This document shows, piece after piece, positions 39,977 through 49,207 of a DNA stretch of 64,000 nucleotides. Source of the stretch: an uncultured Gemmatimonadales bacterium (GTDB lineage: Bacteria; Gemmatimonadota; Gemmatimonadetes; Longimicrobiales; RSA9). Position numbers and translations under genes: made by a program. The DNA is taken from positions 32,973 to 96,972 of the forward strand of contig CAWAMW010000012.1 of the NCBI GenBank assembly GCA_963783305.1. Reading direction: 5' to 3'. Numbering within the stretch: the stretch's first letter is position 1; every line of letters begins with the position of its first letter. The notes under the pieces are model-generated. The model saw nothing but the letters and a program-made list of their open reading frames with translations. It did not search any database and was not told where the DNA came from.

Positions 39977-41433
39977 GCGCGCAGCTCGGGCGCTTCGCCC
40001 GCCTCGACCTGCTCGAGGACGGGCGCGATGGACTCCAGGTAGCTGTCCACCTGCTGGGGCGCGCGTCCGACGTGGCCGGCGGGATCGAGGATGCCCTGGA
40101 TCTCCTCCGCGGTCATCCCGAACGCGTCATCGGCAGCGATCCGCGATACCAGGTCGTTGTCTCCGCCCTCGTCCTTGAGGCGGTCGGCGGCGGCCACGGC
40201 GTGCTGCCGGATCCGCTCGTGGAGGTCCTGTCGGTCGCCGCCGCGCCGCACGGCGTGCATGAGGATGGACTCGGTGGCCATGAAGGGCATCTCGTGCTCC
40301 AGCCGCTGCCGGATCACACCCGGCCGCACCACGAGGCCGGCAGCGACGTTGTGGGTGAGAAGGAGTACGGCGTCCGTGGTGAGGTAGGCCTCGGCGAGGG
40401 CGATCCGTCGATTGGCGGAGTCGTCGAGGGTGCGCTCGAACCACTGTGTGGCGGCGGTGAAGCCGGCATCCATGGTGAGTGCGAGGATGTGCCGCGTGAG
40501 GGCGTTGATACGTTCGGTCCGCATCGGGTTCCGCTTGTACGGCATGGCGGAGGATCCGATCTGCTTCTCCTCGAAGGGCTCCTCGATCTCGCGCAGGTGG
40601 GCCAGGAGCCGGATGTCGTGGGCGAACTTGGACGTGGACGTGGCGATCCCGCCGAGCGTGGCGAGCGCAGCGTAGTCCACCTTCCGGGGGTAGGTCTGGC
40701 CGGTGACGCCGTACACCTTGTCGAAGCCCATGGCGCGGGCGATCCGGCGCTGGAGCTCGTCGACCTTGCCGTGGTCGCCGTCGAAGAGGTCCAGAAAGGA
40801 GGCCTGGGTGCCGGTGGCGCCGCGGATGCCGCGGGCCCGGAGCGACTCGAGGCGGTGGTCCACTTCATCCAGGTCCAGGACGAGGTCCTGGAGCCAGAGC
40901 GCGGCGCGCTTCCCCACGGTGGTGGGCTGCGCGGGCTGGAAGTGGGTGAAGCCCAGGGTCGGCAGGTCGCGGTACTCGCGGGCGAAGGACGCCAGCGCGG
41001 CGATGCAGGCCAGCAGCCGGCGACGGACCAGCAGGAGAGCTTCCCGCTGCTGGATCAGCTCGGTGTTGTCGGTGACGTACGCGCTGGTGGCGCCCAGGTG
41101 GATGAAGGGACGGGCGGCCGGGGCGATGTCGCCGAAGTGGTGCACGTGGGCCATGACATCGTGGCGGAGCCGGCGCTCGTGCTGGGCGGCGGCGTCGAGG
41201 TCGATGTCATCCAGTCGCTCCCGCATCTGGGAGATGGCGTCGGGCGGGATCTCGAGCCCCAGCTCCTGCTCGGCCTCGGCCAGCGCGAGCCAGAGCCGGC
41301 GCCAGGTGCCGAACTTGAAGGCTGGTGAGAAGATGCGGCTCATCTCCGTCGAGGCGTAGCGCTCGATCAGCGGGTTCCGGTACACGGTGTCCGGTCCCCC
41401 GGCCTCCAGTCGCTCCAGCAGCTTTCTGTCCAC
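39973..41433 (-). CDS. purB: Adenylosuccinate lyase
   Basis: Fumarate-lyase signature GSSAMPYKRNP. 486 aa. Confidence 0.9.
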   Translation of the reverse strand: MDRKLLERLEAGGPDTVYRNPLIERYASTEMSRIFSPAFKFGTWRRLWLALAEAEQELGLEIPPDAISQMRERLDDIDLDAAAQHERRLRHDVMAHVHHFGDIAPAARPFIHLGATSAYVTDNTELIQQREALLLVRRRLLACIAALASFAREYRDLPTLGFTHFQPAQPTTVGKRAALWLQDLVLDLDEVDHRLESLRARGIRGATGTQASFLDLFDGDHGKVDELQRRIARAMGFDKVYGVTGQTYPRKVDYAALATLGGIATSTSKFAHDIRLLAHLREIEEPFEEKQIGSSAMPYKRNPMRTERINALTRHILALTMDAGFTAATQWFERTLDDSANRRIALAEAYLTTDAVLLLTHNVAAGLVVRPGVIRQRLEHEMPFMATESILMHAVRRGGDRQDLHERIRQHAVAAADRLKDEGGDNDLVSRIAADDAFGMTAEEIQGILDPAGHVGRAPQQVDSYLESIAPVLEQVEAGEAPELRA

Positions 41434-41441
41434 AGCTCTCC

Positions 41442-42905
41442 CTACAGATAGAACGATACGTACGATTCGCGGCCGCTCCGCTCCACCAGCATCCGGGCGG
41501 TGACGCGGCCCGGGTACTCCTGGAGGAGGCGAAGGAACTCCGCGGCCTCCTCGGCCGAGCGGACGGGGCTCCGGTTGATCCCGATGATGAGGTCACCGGG
41601 GCGGAGCCCCAGCTGGCGACGCGCATTGTCGGAAACCCCCACGATCAGCGCACCCTGCTCGCTGCTCAGCCCCCGCTCGGACCGGATGCTGGGCGTCAGC
41701 GTGACGAGCTCGAACTCCTCGAGGGCGCTGACCCGCTCGGCCGTCAGCGACGGCAGATCGCGGGGCGTGACCCTCACCACGCGCTCCCCCTCATCGCCCA
41801 CGGCGACCGGGATCGTCTCGCCCACCCGCACCTCCAGCAGCGCAGCCTCCCAGTCCAGCGGCGTGCGGACCCGATGGCGCCCCACGCTGTGGACGATCTG
41901 GCCCGCTTCGAGCCCCGCCTGGTCCGCGGGCGAGCCCGGAGCGACGTTGGAGATCCGCACGACCCGGCTCCGACCGAACCGATTGGGGTTCGCCGGCTCC
42001 AGGTCGAGCCCCGTCCACGGCCGTCGCACGGCACCGTCGTCGATCAGGTCGAGAACCACACCGCGGGCCCGATCGATGGGGATGGCGAAACCCAGACCCT
42101 CGCTCCCGCCGCTGCGCGTGAAGATCGACGAGTTCACCCCGATCACCTCGCCCTCCGCGTTCACCAGCGGCCCGCCGGAGTTCCCCGGGTTGATGGATGC
42201 GTCCGTCTGGATCATGCCCAGGTAGTAGCCGCGGGTGTCGTCGCTGGTGGGGATGATGTTCCGGCCGATCCCGCTCACTACCCCCGCCGTGACGGTGGGC
42301 TCCGTATTGGAGAGGAGGTAGCCGAAGGGGCTGCCAATGGCTACGACCCACTCGCCGATGAGGAGGTCACCGGACGAGCCGAGGGGCGCTACCGCGAGCG
42401 GTGCTCCGCCCGTGTCCAGGCGCAACAGCGCCAGGTCGTTCACCTCGTCCGTGCCCACGAGCTCCGCGGCGAAATCACGGCCATCGGGGAGCGTCACCAC
42501 GATCTCCGTGGCGCCCCGTACCACGTGCTCGTTAGTGAGGACCAGCCCGTCCTCGTGGATGATGAACCCCGAGCCCAGCCCCTGGACACGGCGCTCCGAG
42601 CCGGGGGGCAGGAAGAACTGCTCGTACACCGACCGCGGCTGCACCGTCTCGCGCCGGATGACGTTCACGCTCACCACGGCGGGCGCGACCCGCTCCGCGG
42701 CCTTCACGATGGCGGTCCGGCGCGAAGCCGCGACGGACCCCTGGGGGACGGGCTCCTGTGCGGCGATGTCGTTCGCGGCCAGCATCGTGCCCGCGGCGGA
42801 GCCATCGCGGAGCGCCGCAGCGGCGGGATCCTCCGTGTGCGAATCGTTGCCGCACGCGCCGGTCAGCGCCACGGCCACCAGGATGGGGAGAGAAAAAGCG
42901 CGCAT
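41442..42905 (-). CDS. HtrA/DegP-family periplasmic serine protease (trypsin domain + PDZ domains), lipoprotein
   Basis: Lipobox LTGAC. TNEHVV, DLALL, GNSGGPLVN catalytic triad contexts. Confidence 0.88.
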   Translation of the reverse strand: MRAFSLPILVAVALTGACGNDSHTEDPAAAALRDGSAAGTMLAANDIAAQEPVPQGSVAASRRTAIVKAAERVAPAVVSVNVIRRETVQPRSVYEQFFLPPGSERRVQGLGSGFIIHEDGLVLTNEHVVRGATEIVVTLPDGRDFAAELVGTDEVNDLALLRLDTGGAPLAVAPLGSSGDLLIGEWVVAIGSPFGYLLSNTEPTVTAGVVSGIGRNIIPTSDDTRGYYLGMIQTDASINPGNSGGPLVNAEGEVIGVNSSIFTRSGGSEGLGFAIPIDRARGVVLDLIDDGAVRRPWTGLDLEPANPNRFGRSRVVRISNVAPGSPADQAGLEAGQIVHSVGRHRVRTPLDWEAALLEVRVGETIPVAVGDEGERVVRVTPRDLPSLTAERVSALEEFELVTLTPSIRSERGLSSEQGALIVGVSDNARRQLGLRPGDLIIGINRSPVRSAEEAAEFLRLLQEYPGRVTARMLVERSGRESYVSFYL

Positions 42906-42919
42906 GCGTCTCCTCGGAA

Positions 42920-43588
42920 TCAGATGACTCGCCGATCCTCGGGCAGCTTCTCCCAGTCGGCGAGGAACCCGGCCAGACCCTTGTCGGTGAGCGGGTGCTC
43001 CAGGAGCTGCCAGAGGACCTTGGCTGGCATGGTCCCGACGTCGGCGCCCATGAGCGCCGACTCCACCACGTGCTGCGGGTGCCGGATGGACGCGGCCAGG
43101 ATCTCGGTGCCAAAGCCGTAGTTGTCGTAGATCAGACGGATCTGGCGGATCAGGTCCATGCCATCATGGGAAATGTCGTCGAGGCGGCCGACGAAGGGCG
43201 AGATGTAGCTCGCGTTCGCCTTGGCGGCGAGCAGCGCCTGCGTCGGCGAGAAGCAGAGGGTGACGTTTACCGGGATGTCGTCGGCGCGCAGCCGCCGGCA
43301 CGCCACCAGTCCGTCCTCCGTCAGGGGTGCCTTCACGACGATGTTGTCGGCCAGCTTCGCCAGCTTCCTGCCCTCACGGACCATCGTCTCGGAGTCCGTG
43401 GCCACGACCTCCGCGCTGATGGGGCCCGGTACCGCGGCGCAGATCTGCTTCAGGATCTCGCGCGGGTCCCCGTCCGCGCCGGCCGCCTTCGAAAGCAGGG
43501 AGGGGTTGGTCGTGATGCCATCGATGAGGCCGGCGTCCGCCGCCCGCTTGATCTCGTTCAGGTCGGCCGTATCAAGGAAGATCTTCAT
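42920..43588 (-). CDS. tal: Transaldolase / fructose-6-phosphate aldolase (short type 3B)
   Basis: [10 protein letters not shown]...GITTNPSL...NIVVKAP...SPFVGRLDD. 222 aa. The ORF-track extension to 44041 is read-through of truA sequence. Confidence 0.88.
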   Translation of the reverse strand: MKIFLDTADLNEIKRAADAGLIDGITTNPSLLSKAAGADGDPREILKQICAAVPGPISAEVVATDSETMVREGRKLAKLADNIVVKAPLTEDGLVACRRLRADDIPVNVTLCFSPTQALLAAKANASYISPFVGRLDDISHDGMDLIRQIRLIYDNYGFGTEILAASIRHPQHVVESALMGADVGTMPAKVLWQLLEHPLTDKGLAGFLADWEKLPEDRRVI

Positions 43589-44393
43589 TCCGTGGTCCCT
43601 TAGGGTTCGGTTGCTCGTCATCGTAATAGACACGCGCGAGGAACAGCCCCTCCGCCGGGGCGGGTGGGGACGTCTCCAGCGCATCCGATGTGCGTGTGTC
43701 CAGCCGTGTCTCGTCCAGCAGTCCCGCAATGTCACTGGCGGGTCGGCGCCCGCGGGCCGCGTCCACCATGGTGCCCACCAGGTAGCGGACCATGTGGTGG
43801 AGGAACCGGTTCGCCACGACCCGGTACTCCAGCCCACCCGACCACTCGGTCCAGCGCGACACATGGACGGTGCAGCGGTAGCCTCGCTCCGGCTGACCGC
43901 TCTTGGCGTACCCCCGGAACTGGTGCTCCCCCAGGATCGCAGCGGCCGACCGGTCCAGGCCGGCCCGGTCGAGGGGCTCCTCCACCGGCCAGCACCAGCC
44001 GCGCCGGAACGGCGACCGCGCAGAGGGCCGCGTCCCGACACGGTAAATGTAGCCCCGCGCGGTGGCGCTGTAACGGGCGTGGAAGTCCGAGGACGCGGAC
44101 GCGGCCTCGGAGACCCAGATGCCCGCCGGCAGGATGGCGTTGAGCGACCTGTGGAGCGCCGCCGCCGTCCACTTCTCCGGCATGGTCACGCTCGCCACCT
44201 GACCCGTAGCATGGACCCCCGCGTCGGTTCGTCCCGCCGCCATCGACGTGACGGTCCGATTCGCCAGCCGTGACAGGGCAGCGTCCAGCTCCCCCTGGAC
44301 GGTCCTCACCCCCGGCTGGATCTGCCAGCCGTGGAACGCAGAGCCGTCGTAGTGCAGCGTCAACCTGATCCGGCGCGGGGATTCCGTGGGCAC
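43572..44393 (-). CDS. truA: tRNA pseudouridine38-40 synthase TruA
   Basis: [11 protein letters not shown] and GRTDAGVHA (catalytic Asp). Start is uncertain (GTG 44393 preferred; ORF-track ATG at 44471). Confidence 0.8.
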   Translation of the reverse strand: MPTESPRRIRLTLHYDGSAFHGWQIQPGVRTVQGELDAALSRLANRTVTSMAAGRTDAGVHATGQVASVTMPEKWTAAALHRSLNAILPAGIWVSEAASASSDFHARYSATARGYIYRVGTRPSARSPFRRGWCWPVEEPLDRAGLDRSAAAILGEHQFRGYAKSGQPERGYRCTVHVSRWTEWSGGLEYRVVANRFLHHMVRYLVGTMVDAARGRRPASDIAGLLDETRLDTRTSDALETSPPAPAEGLFLARVYYDDEQPNPKGPRNEDLP

Positions 44394-44515
44394 CGGGCGA
44401 AGGTATGGCTCCGCCCACGCGCGAGCAACGGAGCCACTGGACCGGCTGGAGACGCAGGGCGTTGACAGCACCGCCGGTGACCGGGGATCTTGCGAGTCCC
44501 TCGAACCCGGTAACC

Positions 44516-45574
44516 ATGGCGGAATTGGACGAGCAGGAGACGGGGCCTTCGCTGAAGGACCTGATCGGAAGGCTGTCGACGCGCGCGGACCTGTCTTCGG
44601 ACGAAGCGCGAGCGGCGTTCGAGACGGTCATGGGCGGGCGGGCATCGCAGATCCAGATCGCCGGGCTGCTCGTGGGGCTACGCACGAAGGGTGAGGGTCC
44701 GGCGGAAGTGGCCGGCGGGGTGCGCGCCCTGCGAGAAGCCATGGTGCCCGTGGCCGCCACCGACCCCGATTCCCTCGTGGACACCTGCGGGACGGGCGGG
44801 GGCAGTCTCACCACGTTCAACATCTCCACCGCCGCAGCCCTCCTCGCCGCCGGAATGGGCGTTCGTATCGCCAAGCACGGCAACCGCTCCTTTACCTCGA
44901 AGTGCGGGAGCGCCGACGTGCTCGAGGAGCTCGGGGTCCCGATCGATCTGCCACCCGAGGCCATGGCGGAGATCCTGGACCGGGCGGGCATCGTCTTCAT
45001 GTTCGCCCCTCTGCTCCACCCCGCCATGCGCCACGTGGCTCCCGTACGCCGTGAGCTGGGGATCCCCACCATCATGAACCTGCTGGGTCCCTTGACCAAC
45101 CCCGCCGGGGCGCGCCGCCAGGTGGTGGGCGTAACCGACCCTGACCTCCTCGACCTCGTGGCTCGGGCGCTCCGGGAGCTCGGCCATTTCCGGGCGCTCG
45201 TCGTCTACGGCGAGCCCGGTCTCGACGAGCTCAGCCCCCTCGCCCCCACTCGGATCGCCGAGCTGGACGGGGACACGGTCCGGCAGCGCACCGTCTCTCC
45301 CGCCGACTTCGGCTGGAAGGGACTCGCTGCCACCGATCTCGCCGGCGGACTGCCCCCCCACAACGCGCGCGTCATTCTGGAGGTGTTCCGGGGCGAACGG
45401 CGCGATGCGGCCCGGGCCGCCGTGACGCTGAACGCCGCCGGCGCGGCGTACGTGGGCGGGATCGTGGACTCGCTCGAAGAAGGTGTCGAGCGTGCGGAAA
45501 CAGCGCTGTCGGAGGGTGCGGCGCTGGAGGCGCTGGACCGGCTGCGGACGGCTACGCAGCGGGTCACGGGGTAA
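44516..45574 (+). CDS. trpD: Anthranilate phosphoribosyltransferase
   Basis: QIAGLLVGLRTKGE, CGTGGGSLTTFNISTAAA, KHGNRS. ATG 44516 is preferred over the in-frame ATG 44405. Confidence 0.88.
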   Translation: MAELDEQETGPSLKDLIGRLSTRADLSSDEARAAFETVMGGRASQIQIAGLLVGLRTKGEGPAEVAGGVRALREAMVPVAATDPDSLVDTCGTGGGSLTTFNISTAAALLAAGMGVRIAKHGNRSFTSKCGSADVLEELGVPIDLPPEAMAEILDRAGIVFMFAPLLHPAMRHVAPVRRELGIPTIMNLLGPLTNPAGARRQVVGVTDPDLLDLVARALRELGHFRALVVYGEPGLDELSPLAPTRIAELDGDTVRQRTVSPADFGWKGLAATDLAGGLPPHNARVILEVFRGERRDAARAAVTLNAAGAAYVGGIVDSLEEGVERAETALSEGAALEALDRLRTATQRVTG

Positions 45575-45624
45575 GGCATCGAATTGCGATTCGGGGCGGC
45601 AAACCCCCGGCTCTGATGGGTCCC

Positions 45625-45786
45625 CTAACGCGCCGGGTGGGGCGTAACCACCGCCCGGAGCGTCCACGGACCGCGGATCGGCTGAACCGGCTTCTCCGAC
45701 CGCTGCTCGGCCCCGTTCAGGAGCACGACCGTGGTCCCCTTGCGTGTCCTCCGCCCCACGACGAACGGTCGGTCACTCCGCTTCAT
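45625..45786 (-). CDS. Unannotated 53-codon ORF translationally coupled to lexA (hypothetical basic protein)
   Basis: Its ATG overlaps the lexA TGA (ATGA). Translation: MKRSDRPFVVGRRTRKGTTVVLLNGAEQRSEKPVQPIRGPWTLRAVVTPHPAR. 46 of 53 codons end in G/C, like neighbouring genes. It falls below the ORF-track length cut-off. Confidence 0.35.
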   Translation of the reverse strand: MKRSDRPFVVGRRTRKGTTVVLLNGAEQRSEKPVQPIRGPWTLRAVVTPHPAR

Positions 45787-46406
45787 GCGTACCTCCGGAT
45801 CACGCCCACCACGATGCCCTGGACCATCACGCGGTCCGCACCGAAGTACATGGGCTGCATCGCTTCGTTCGCTGGCTGGAGCCGGACCTGGCCGTCCTTC
45901 TCCCGATAGAACTTCTTCACCGTGGCCGACTCCTGGTCCACCAGCGCCACCACCATTTCTCCGTTGTCGGCCGTCTCCCGCTGCTTCACCACCAGGTAGT
46001 CGCCGTCGCGGATCTGCTCTTCGATCATGGAGTTGCCGTTCACGCGCAGCACGTAATGCTCACCGCGGCCCAGCATCTCCTCCGGAACCGCGATCGTCTC
46101 CTGCCCCGCGATGGCCTCGATCGGCTCCCCCGCCGCCACATCGCCCATCAACGGCACCGGCACCGCGGTCAGCCGCATTTCGGTCGGCACCACCTCGATG
46201 GACCGGCTCTCGTTGTAGCCCTTTCGGATATACCCCTTCGTCCGCAGATTCTCGAGGTGTTCGTGCACCGTGGCCAGGGACGTGTAGCCGAACCGGTCCG
46301 CGATCTCCTCGAAGCTGGGCGCGTACCCGTGGTCGTCCGCGAAATCCGTGACGAAGTCGAGGATCTCCCTCTGCTTCTTGGTGAGCGGCTTCTTCTGTGA
46401 CAGCAT
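45783..46406 (-). CDS. lexA: SOS repressor LexA
   Basis: Winged-helix N-terminus, cleavage site VAAGEP, nucleophile NGNSM, and TVKKF lysine. ATG 46406 is preceded by GGGAGG. The ORF-track extension to 47009 is spurious. Confidence 0.92.
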   Translation of the reverse strand: MLSQKKPLTKKQREILDFVTDFADDHGYAPSFEEIADRFGYTSLATVHEHLENLRTKGYIRKGYNESRSIEVVPTEMRLTAVPVPLMGDVAAGEPIEAIAGQETIAVPEEMLGRGEHYVLRVNGNSMIEEQIRDGDYLVVKQRETADNGEMVVALVDQESATVKKFYREKDGQVRLQPANEAMQPMYFGADRVMVQGIVVGVIRRYA

Positions 46407-46456
46407 TCTGGGCCTCCCGAGGGGCGAGCGCCGTAGTGGTCCGGCCATAGCGGCCG

Positions 46457-46502
46457 CCGAACAAAGTCCGAAGCCAAGGATAACCCGAACAACGACCGAA
46501 AC
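46457..46502. promoter_or_regulatory. Two copies of a 16-nt motif CCGAACAA[CA]G[AT]CCGAA (GAAC-N7-GAAR direct repeats) in the lexA/trpC divergent spacer: candidate LexA operators
   Basis: CCGAACAAAGTCCGAA at 46457-46472 and CCGAACAACGACCGAA at 46485-46500 (14/16 identical). Confidence 0.35.
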
Positions 46503-46511
46503 GCAAGGGCA

Positions 46512-47309
46512 ATGGGGATACTGGACGAGATCGTACGGGAGAAGAGGGCGGAAGTGGGGCGGCTCGCGCCGTGGGCGGGAGCGTTGCGGAAGCAGGCGGA
46601 GGGGATGCCGGCGCCGCGCGATTTCGCGAGTGCGCTGCGGGGCCCGAAAGGGGTGGCGCTGATTGCGGAGGTGAAGCGGAAGTCGCCGTCCGCGGGTTGG
46701 ATCCGGCGGGACCTGAACGCGGCTGGACTGGCCTCGGCGTACGCGTACGGGGGTGCGTCGGCCATCAGCGTGCTGACGGACGAAGCGAACTTCGGCGGTA
46801 CGCGGGAGGACCTGGAGGCGGTGCGGGGGGCGGTGGAAGTGCCGGTGCTGCGGAAGGACTTCCTGGTGGAGCCGGTGCAGGTGTACGAGTCGCGTGCGAT
46901 GGGCGCGGACGCGGTGCTGCTGATCGTGCGGATCCTGGAGGATGTCCGGCTGCGGGAGCTGCTGGCGCTGGCGCGTGAGCTGGGGATGGCGGCGCTGGTG
47001 GAGACGCACGACGAGGCGGAGCTGGAGCGGGCGCTGTCGGTGGGGGCGGATATCGTGGGGATCAACAACCGTGACCTGAAGCGGTTCGAGACGGATCTCG
47101 CGGTGGGGGAGCGGCTGGCCCCGGGCATCCCCGCGGACGTGGTGGTGGTGGGGGAGAGCGGGATCGAGTCGGCTGCGGACGTGGATCGGATGGGAGCGGC
47201 GGGTGTGGACGCCGTTCTGGTGGGGGAGTCGCTGGTCCGGGCGGATGACCCGGTGGCGGCGGTGGAAGCGCTCGTGGGTCGGCCGCGGAGGGGGCGATCG
47301 ACGTCATGA
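46512..47309 (+). CDS. trpC: Indole-3-glycerol phosphate synthase
   Basis: [24 protein letters not shown] motifs. Confidence 0.9.
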   Translation: MGILDEIVREKRAEVGRLAPWAGALRKQAEGMPAPRDFASALRGPKGVALIAEVKRKSPSAGWIRRDLNAAGLASAYAYGGASAISVLTDEANFGGTREDLEAVRGAVEVPVLRKDFLVEPVQVYESRAMGADAVLLIVRILEDVRLRELLALARELGMAALVETHDEAELERALSVGADIVGINNRDLKRFETDLAVGERLAPGIPADVVVVGESGIESAADVDRMGAAGVDAVLVGESLVRADDPVAAVEALVGRPRRGRSTS

Positions 47310-47983
47310 GCGCTGCCGCGAGCCTCTTCGTGAAGGTGTGCGGGGTGTGCGATCCGGGCGACGCGGCGTATGCTGTAGCGGCGGGGGCCACGCACGTGGG
47401 CGTGATCCGTGTACCTGGCAGCCGTCGAGCCCGGCCGCTGGAGGTGGCGCGGGACGTCATCGCGGCGGCCGCGGGGGCCCGCAGGGTGGGAGTCTACGTG
47501 GACGCCCGGGAATCGACGATCCTGCGGGAAGCGGAGTTCCTGGGGCTGGACGTGATCCAGCTGCACGGCGGCGAGGGACCGGAGCGGACCGCCGCGCTGA
47601 CGGAGCGTGGCTACGAGGTCTGGAAGGTGGTCAAGCCGGCGCGCGGGAGCGACCTTCTGGTGGCGGCGGAGCGATTCGGTTCGGCGGACCTGATCCTCGT
47701 GGAGGGCCAGAGTTCCCAGGGCCATGGCGGCGTGGGAGCGCGCTTCCCGTGGGAGGAGGTGGCGGCGGTTCTGGACGCGCTGCCGCCGGGGACGGCCCTC
47801 GGAGTGGGAGGCGGGCTGACGCCGGAGAACGTGGGGGAGGCGGTGCAGCGGTTCCGGCCGAAGCTGGTGGATGTGAGCTCCGGGGTGGAGCTGGAGGTGG
47901 GCCGCAAGGACCGCGCGCTCGTACGATCGTTCATAGAGGCGGCGCGGTCGCGGGACGAGGCGGGAACACAAACGAATTCGTGA
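47306..47983 (+). CDS. trpF: Phosphoribosylanthranilate isomerase
   Basis: VKVCGV, IQLHG and LILVEG-type motifs. 4-nt overlap with trpC. Confidence 0.85.
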   Translation: MSAAASLFVKVCGVCDPGDAAYAVAAGATHVGVIRVPGSRRARPLEVARDVIAAAAGARRVGVYVDARESTILREAEFLGLDVIQLHGGEGPERTAALTERGYEVWKVVKPARGSDLLVAAERFGSADLILVEGQSSQGHGGVGARFPWEEVAAVLDALPPGTALGVGGGLTPENVGEAVQRFRPKLVDVSSGVELEVGRKDRALVRSFIEAARSRDEAGTQTNS

Positions 47984-48000
47984 AGAAGAGTGGTGGGTGG

Positions 48001-49182
48001 ATGGAAGCAGGCGTGAAGGGCGAGGGTCGATTCGGGGCGTACGGGGGGCGGTACGTGCCCGAGACGCTGATAGCCGCGCTGGACGAGTTGACGGAGGCGT
48101 ACGCCGCGGTGGCCGGGGACGAGAGCTTCCGGGAAGAGCTGGAGTCGCTCTGGCGTGACTACGTGGGCCGGCCCACGCCGCTGTACCGGGCGAGTCGTCT
48201 GGGGGAGGCAGCGGGGTGCGAGGTGTGGCTGAAGCGGGAGGACCTGAACCACACGGGCGCGCACAAGATCAACAACACGCTGGGGCAGGTGCTGCTGGCG
48301 CGGCGGATGGGGAAGCGGCGGATCATCGCGGAGACGGGGGCGGGCCAGCACGGCGTCGCAACGGCCACGGTGTGCGCGCTGTTCGGCCTGGAGTGCATCG
48401 TGTACATGGGTGCGGAGGACACGCGGCGACAGGCGCTGAACGTGGTCCGCATGGAGATGCTGGGAGCGGAGGTTCGGACGGTGGAATCGGGGACCCGGAC
48501 GCTGAAGGACGCCACGAACGAGGCGATCCGCGACTGGGTGACGAACGTGGAGGACACGCATTACATTATCGGGTCGGTGGTGGGTCCGGACCCGTACCCC
48601 CGTATGGTGCGGGATTTTCAGGCCATTATCGGCCGCGAGGCGCGTCAGCAGGTACTGGATCGTACCGGCCAGCTCCCGGCCGCCGTCGTGGCATGCGTGG
48701 GAGGTGGCTCCAACGCCATCGGCATTTTCCACGAGTTCATCGCAGACACCCAGGTCGAGCTGATCGGCGTCGAGGCCGCGGGAGAGGGGCTGGATTCCGG
48801 CCGTCACTCCGCGTCTCTCGGTGCGGGCACGCCCGGGGTGCTGCACGGGTCGCTGAGCTATCTGCTCCAGGACGAAGGCGGCCAGGTGGCTCCCGCGCAC
48901 TCGATCTCAGCAGGGCTCGACTACCCCGGTGTGGGGCCGGAGCACTCGTGGCTGCACGACACGGGGCGAGCCGAGTACGTGGCGGTGGACGACGTCTCCG
49001 CGCTCGACGCTTTCCACCGGCTGGCTCGTCTGGAGGGGATCATTCCGGCGCTGGAGAGTGCTCACGCGGTGGCGTATGTACTGGAGGCGGGCGCGCGGTG
49101 GCGGGACCGGGGTCCGGTGTTGATCTCGCTGAGTGGTCGCGGCGACAAGGACGTGGCGCAGGTCGCGGATCAGCCGGGGTAG
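48001..49182 (+). CDS. trpB: Tryptophan synthase beta chain
   Basis: [22 protein letters not shown] (PLP lysine), GGGSNAIG. Confidence 0.92.
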   Translation: MEAGVKGEGRFGAYGGRYVPETLIAALDELTEAYAAVAGDESFREELESLWRDYVGRPTPLYRASRLGEAAGCEVWLKREDLNHTGAHKINNTLGQVLLARRMGKRRIIAETGAGQHGVATATVCALFGLECIVYMGAEDTRRQALNVVRMEMLGAEVRTVESGTRTLKDATNEAIRDWVTNVEDTHYIIGSVVGPDPYPRMVRDFQAIIGREARQQVLDRTGQLPAAVVACVGGGSNAIGIFHEFIADTQVELIGVEAAGEGLDSGRHSASLGAGTPGVLHGSLSYLLQDEGGQVAPAHSISAGLDYPGVGPEHSWLHDTGRAEYVAVDDVSALDAFHRLARLEGIIPALESAHAVAYVLEAGARWRDRGPVLISLSGRGDKDVAQVADQPG

Positions 49183-49207
49183 AGGTGGTCAGGAAGGAGG
49201 CGATCGG

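Noticed and set aside
44405-44515. Possible Trp-rich leader peptide (..SHWTGW..) upstream of trpD, suggesting attenuation.
   Set aside because: It is in frame with trpD with no stop codon, so it is not a separate leader ORF. No terminator/antiterminator hairpins were seen. A TTGACA at 44462 inside it fits a promoter for the ATG at 44516 better.
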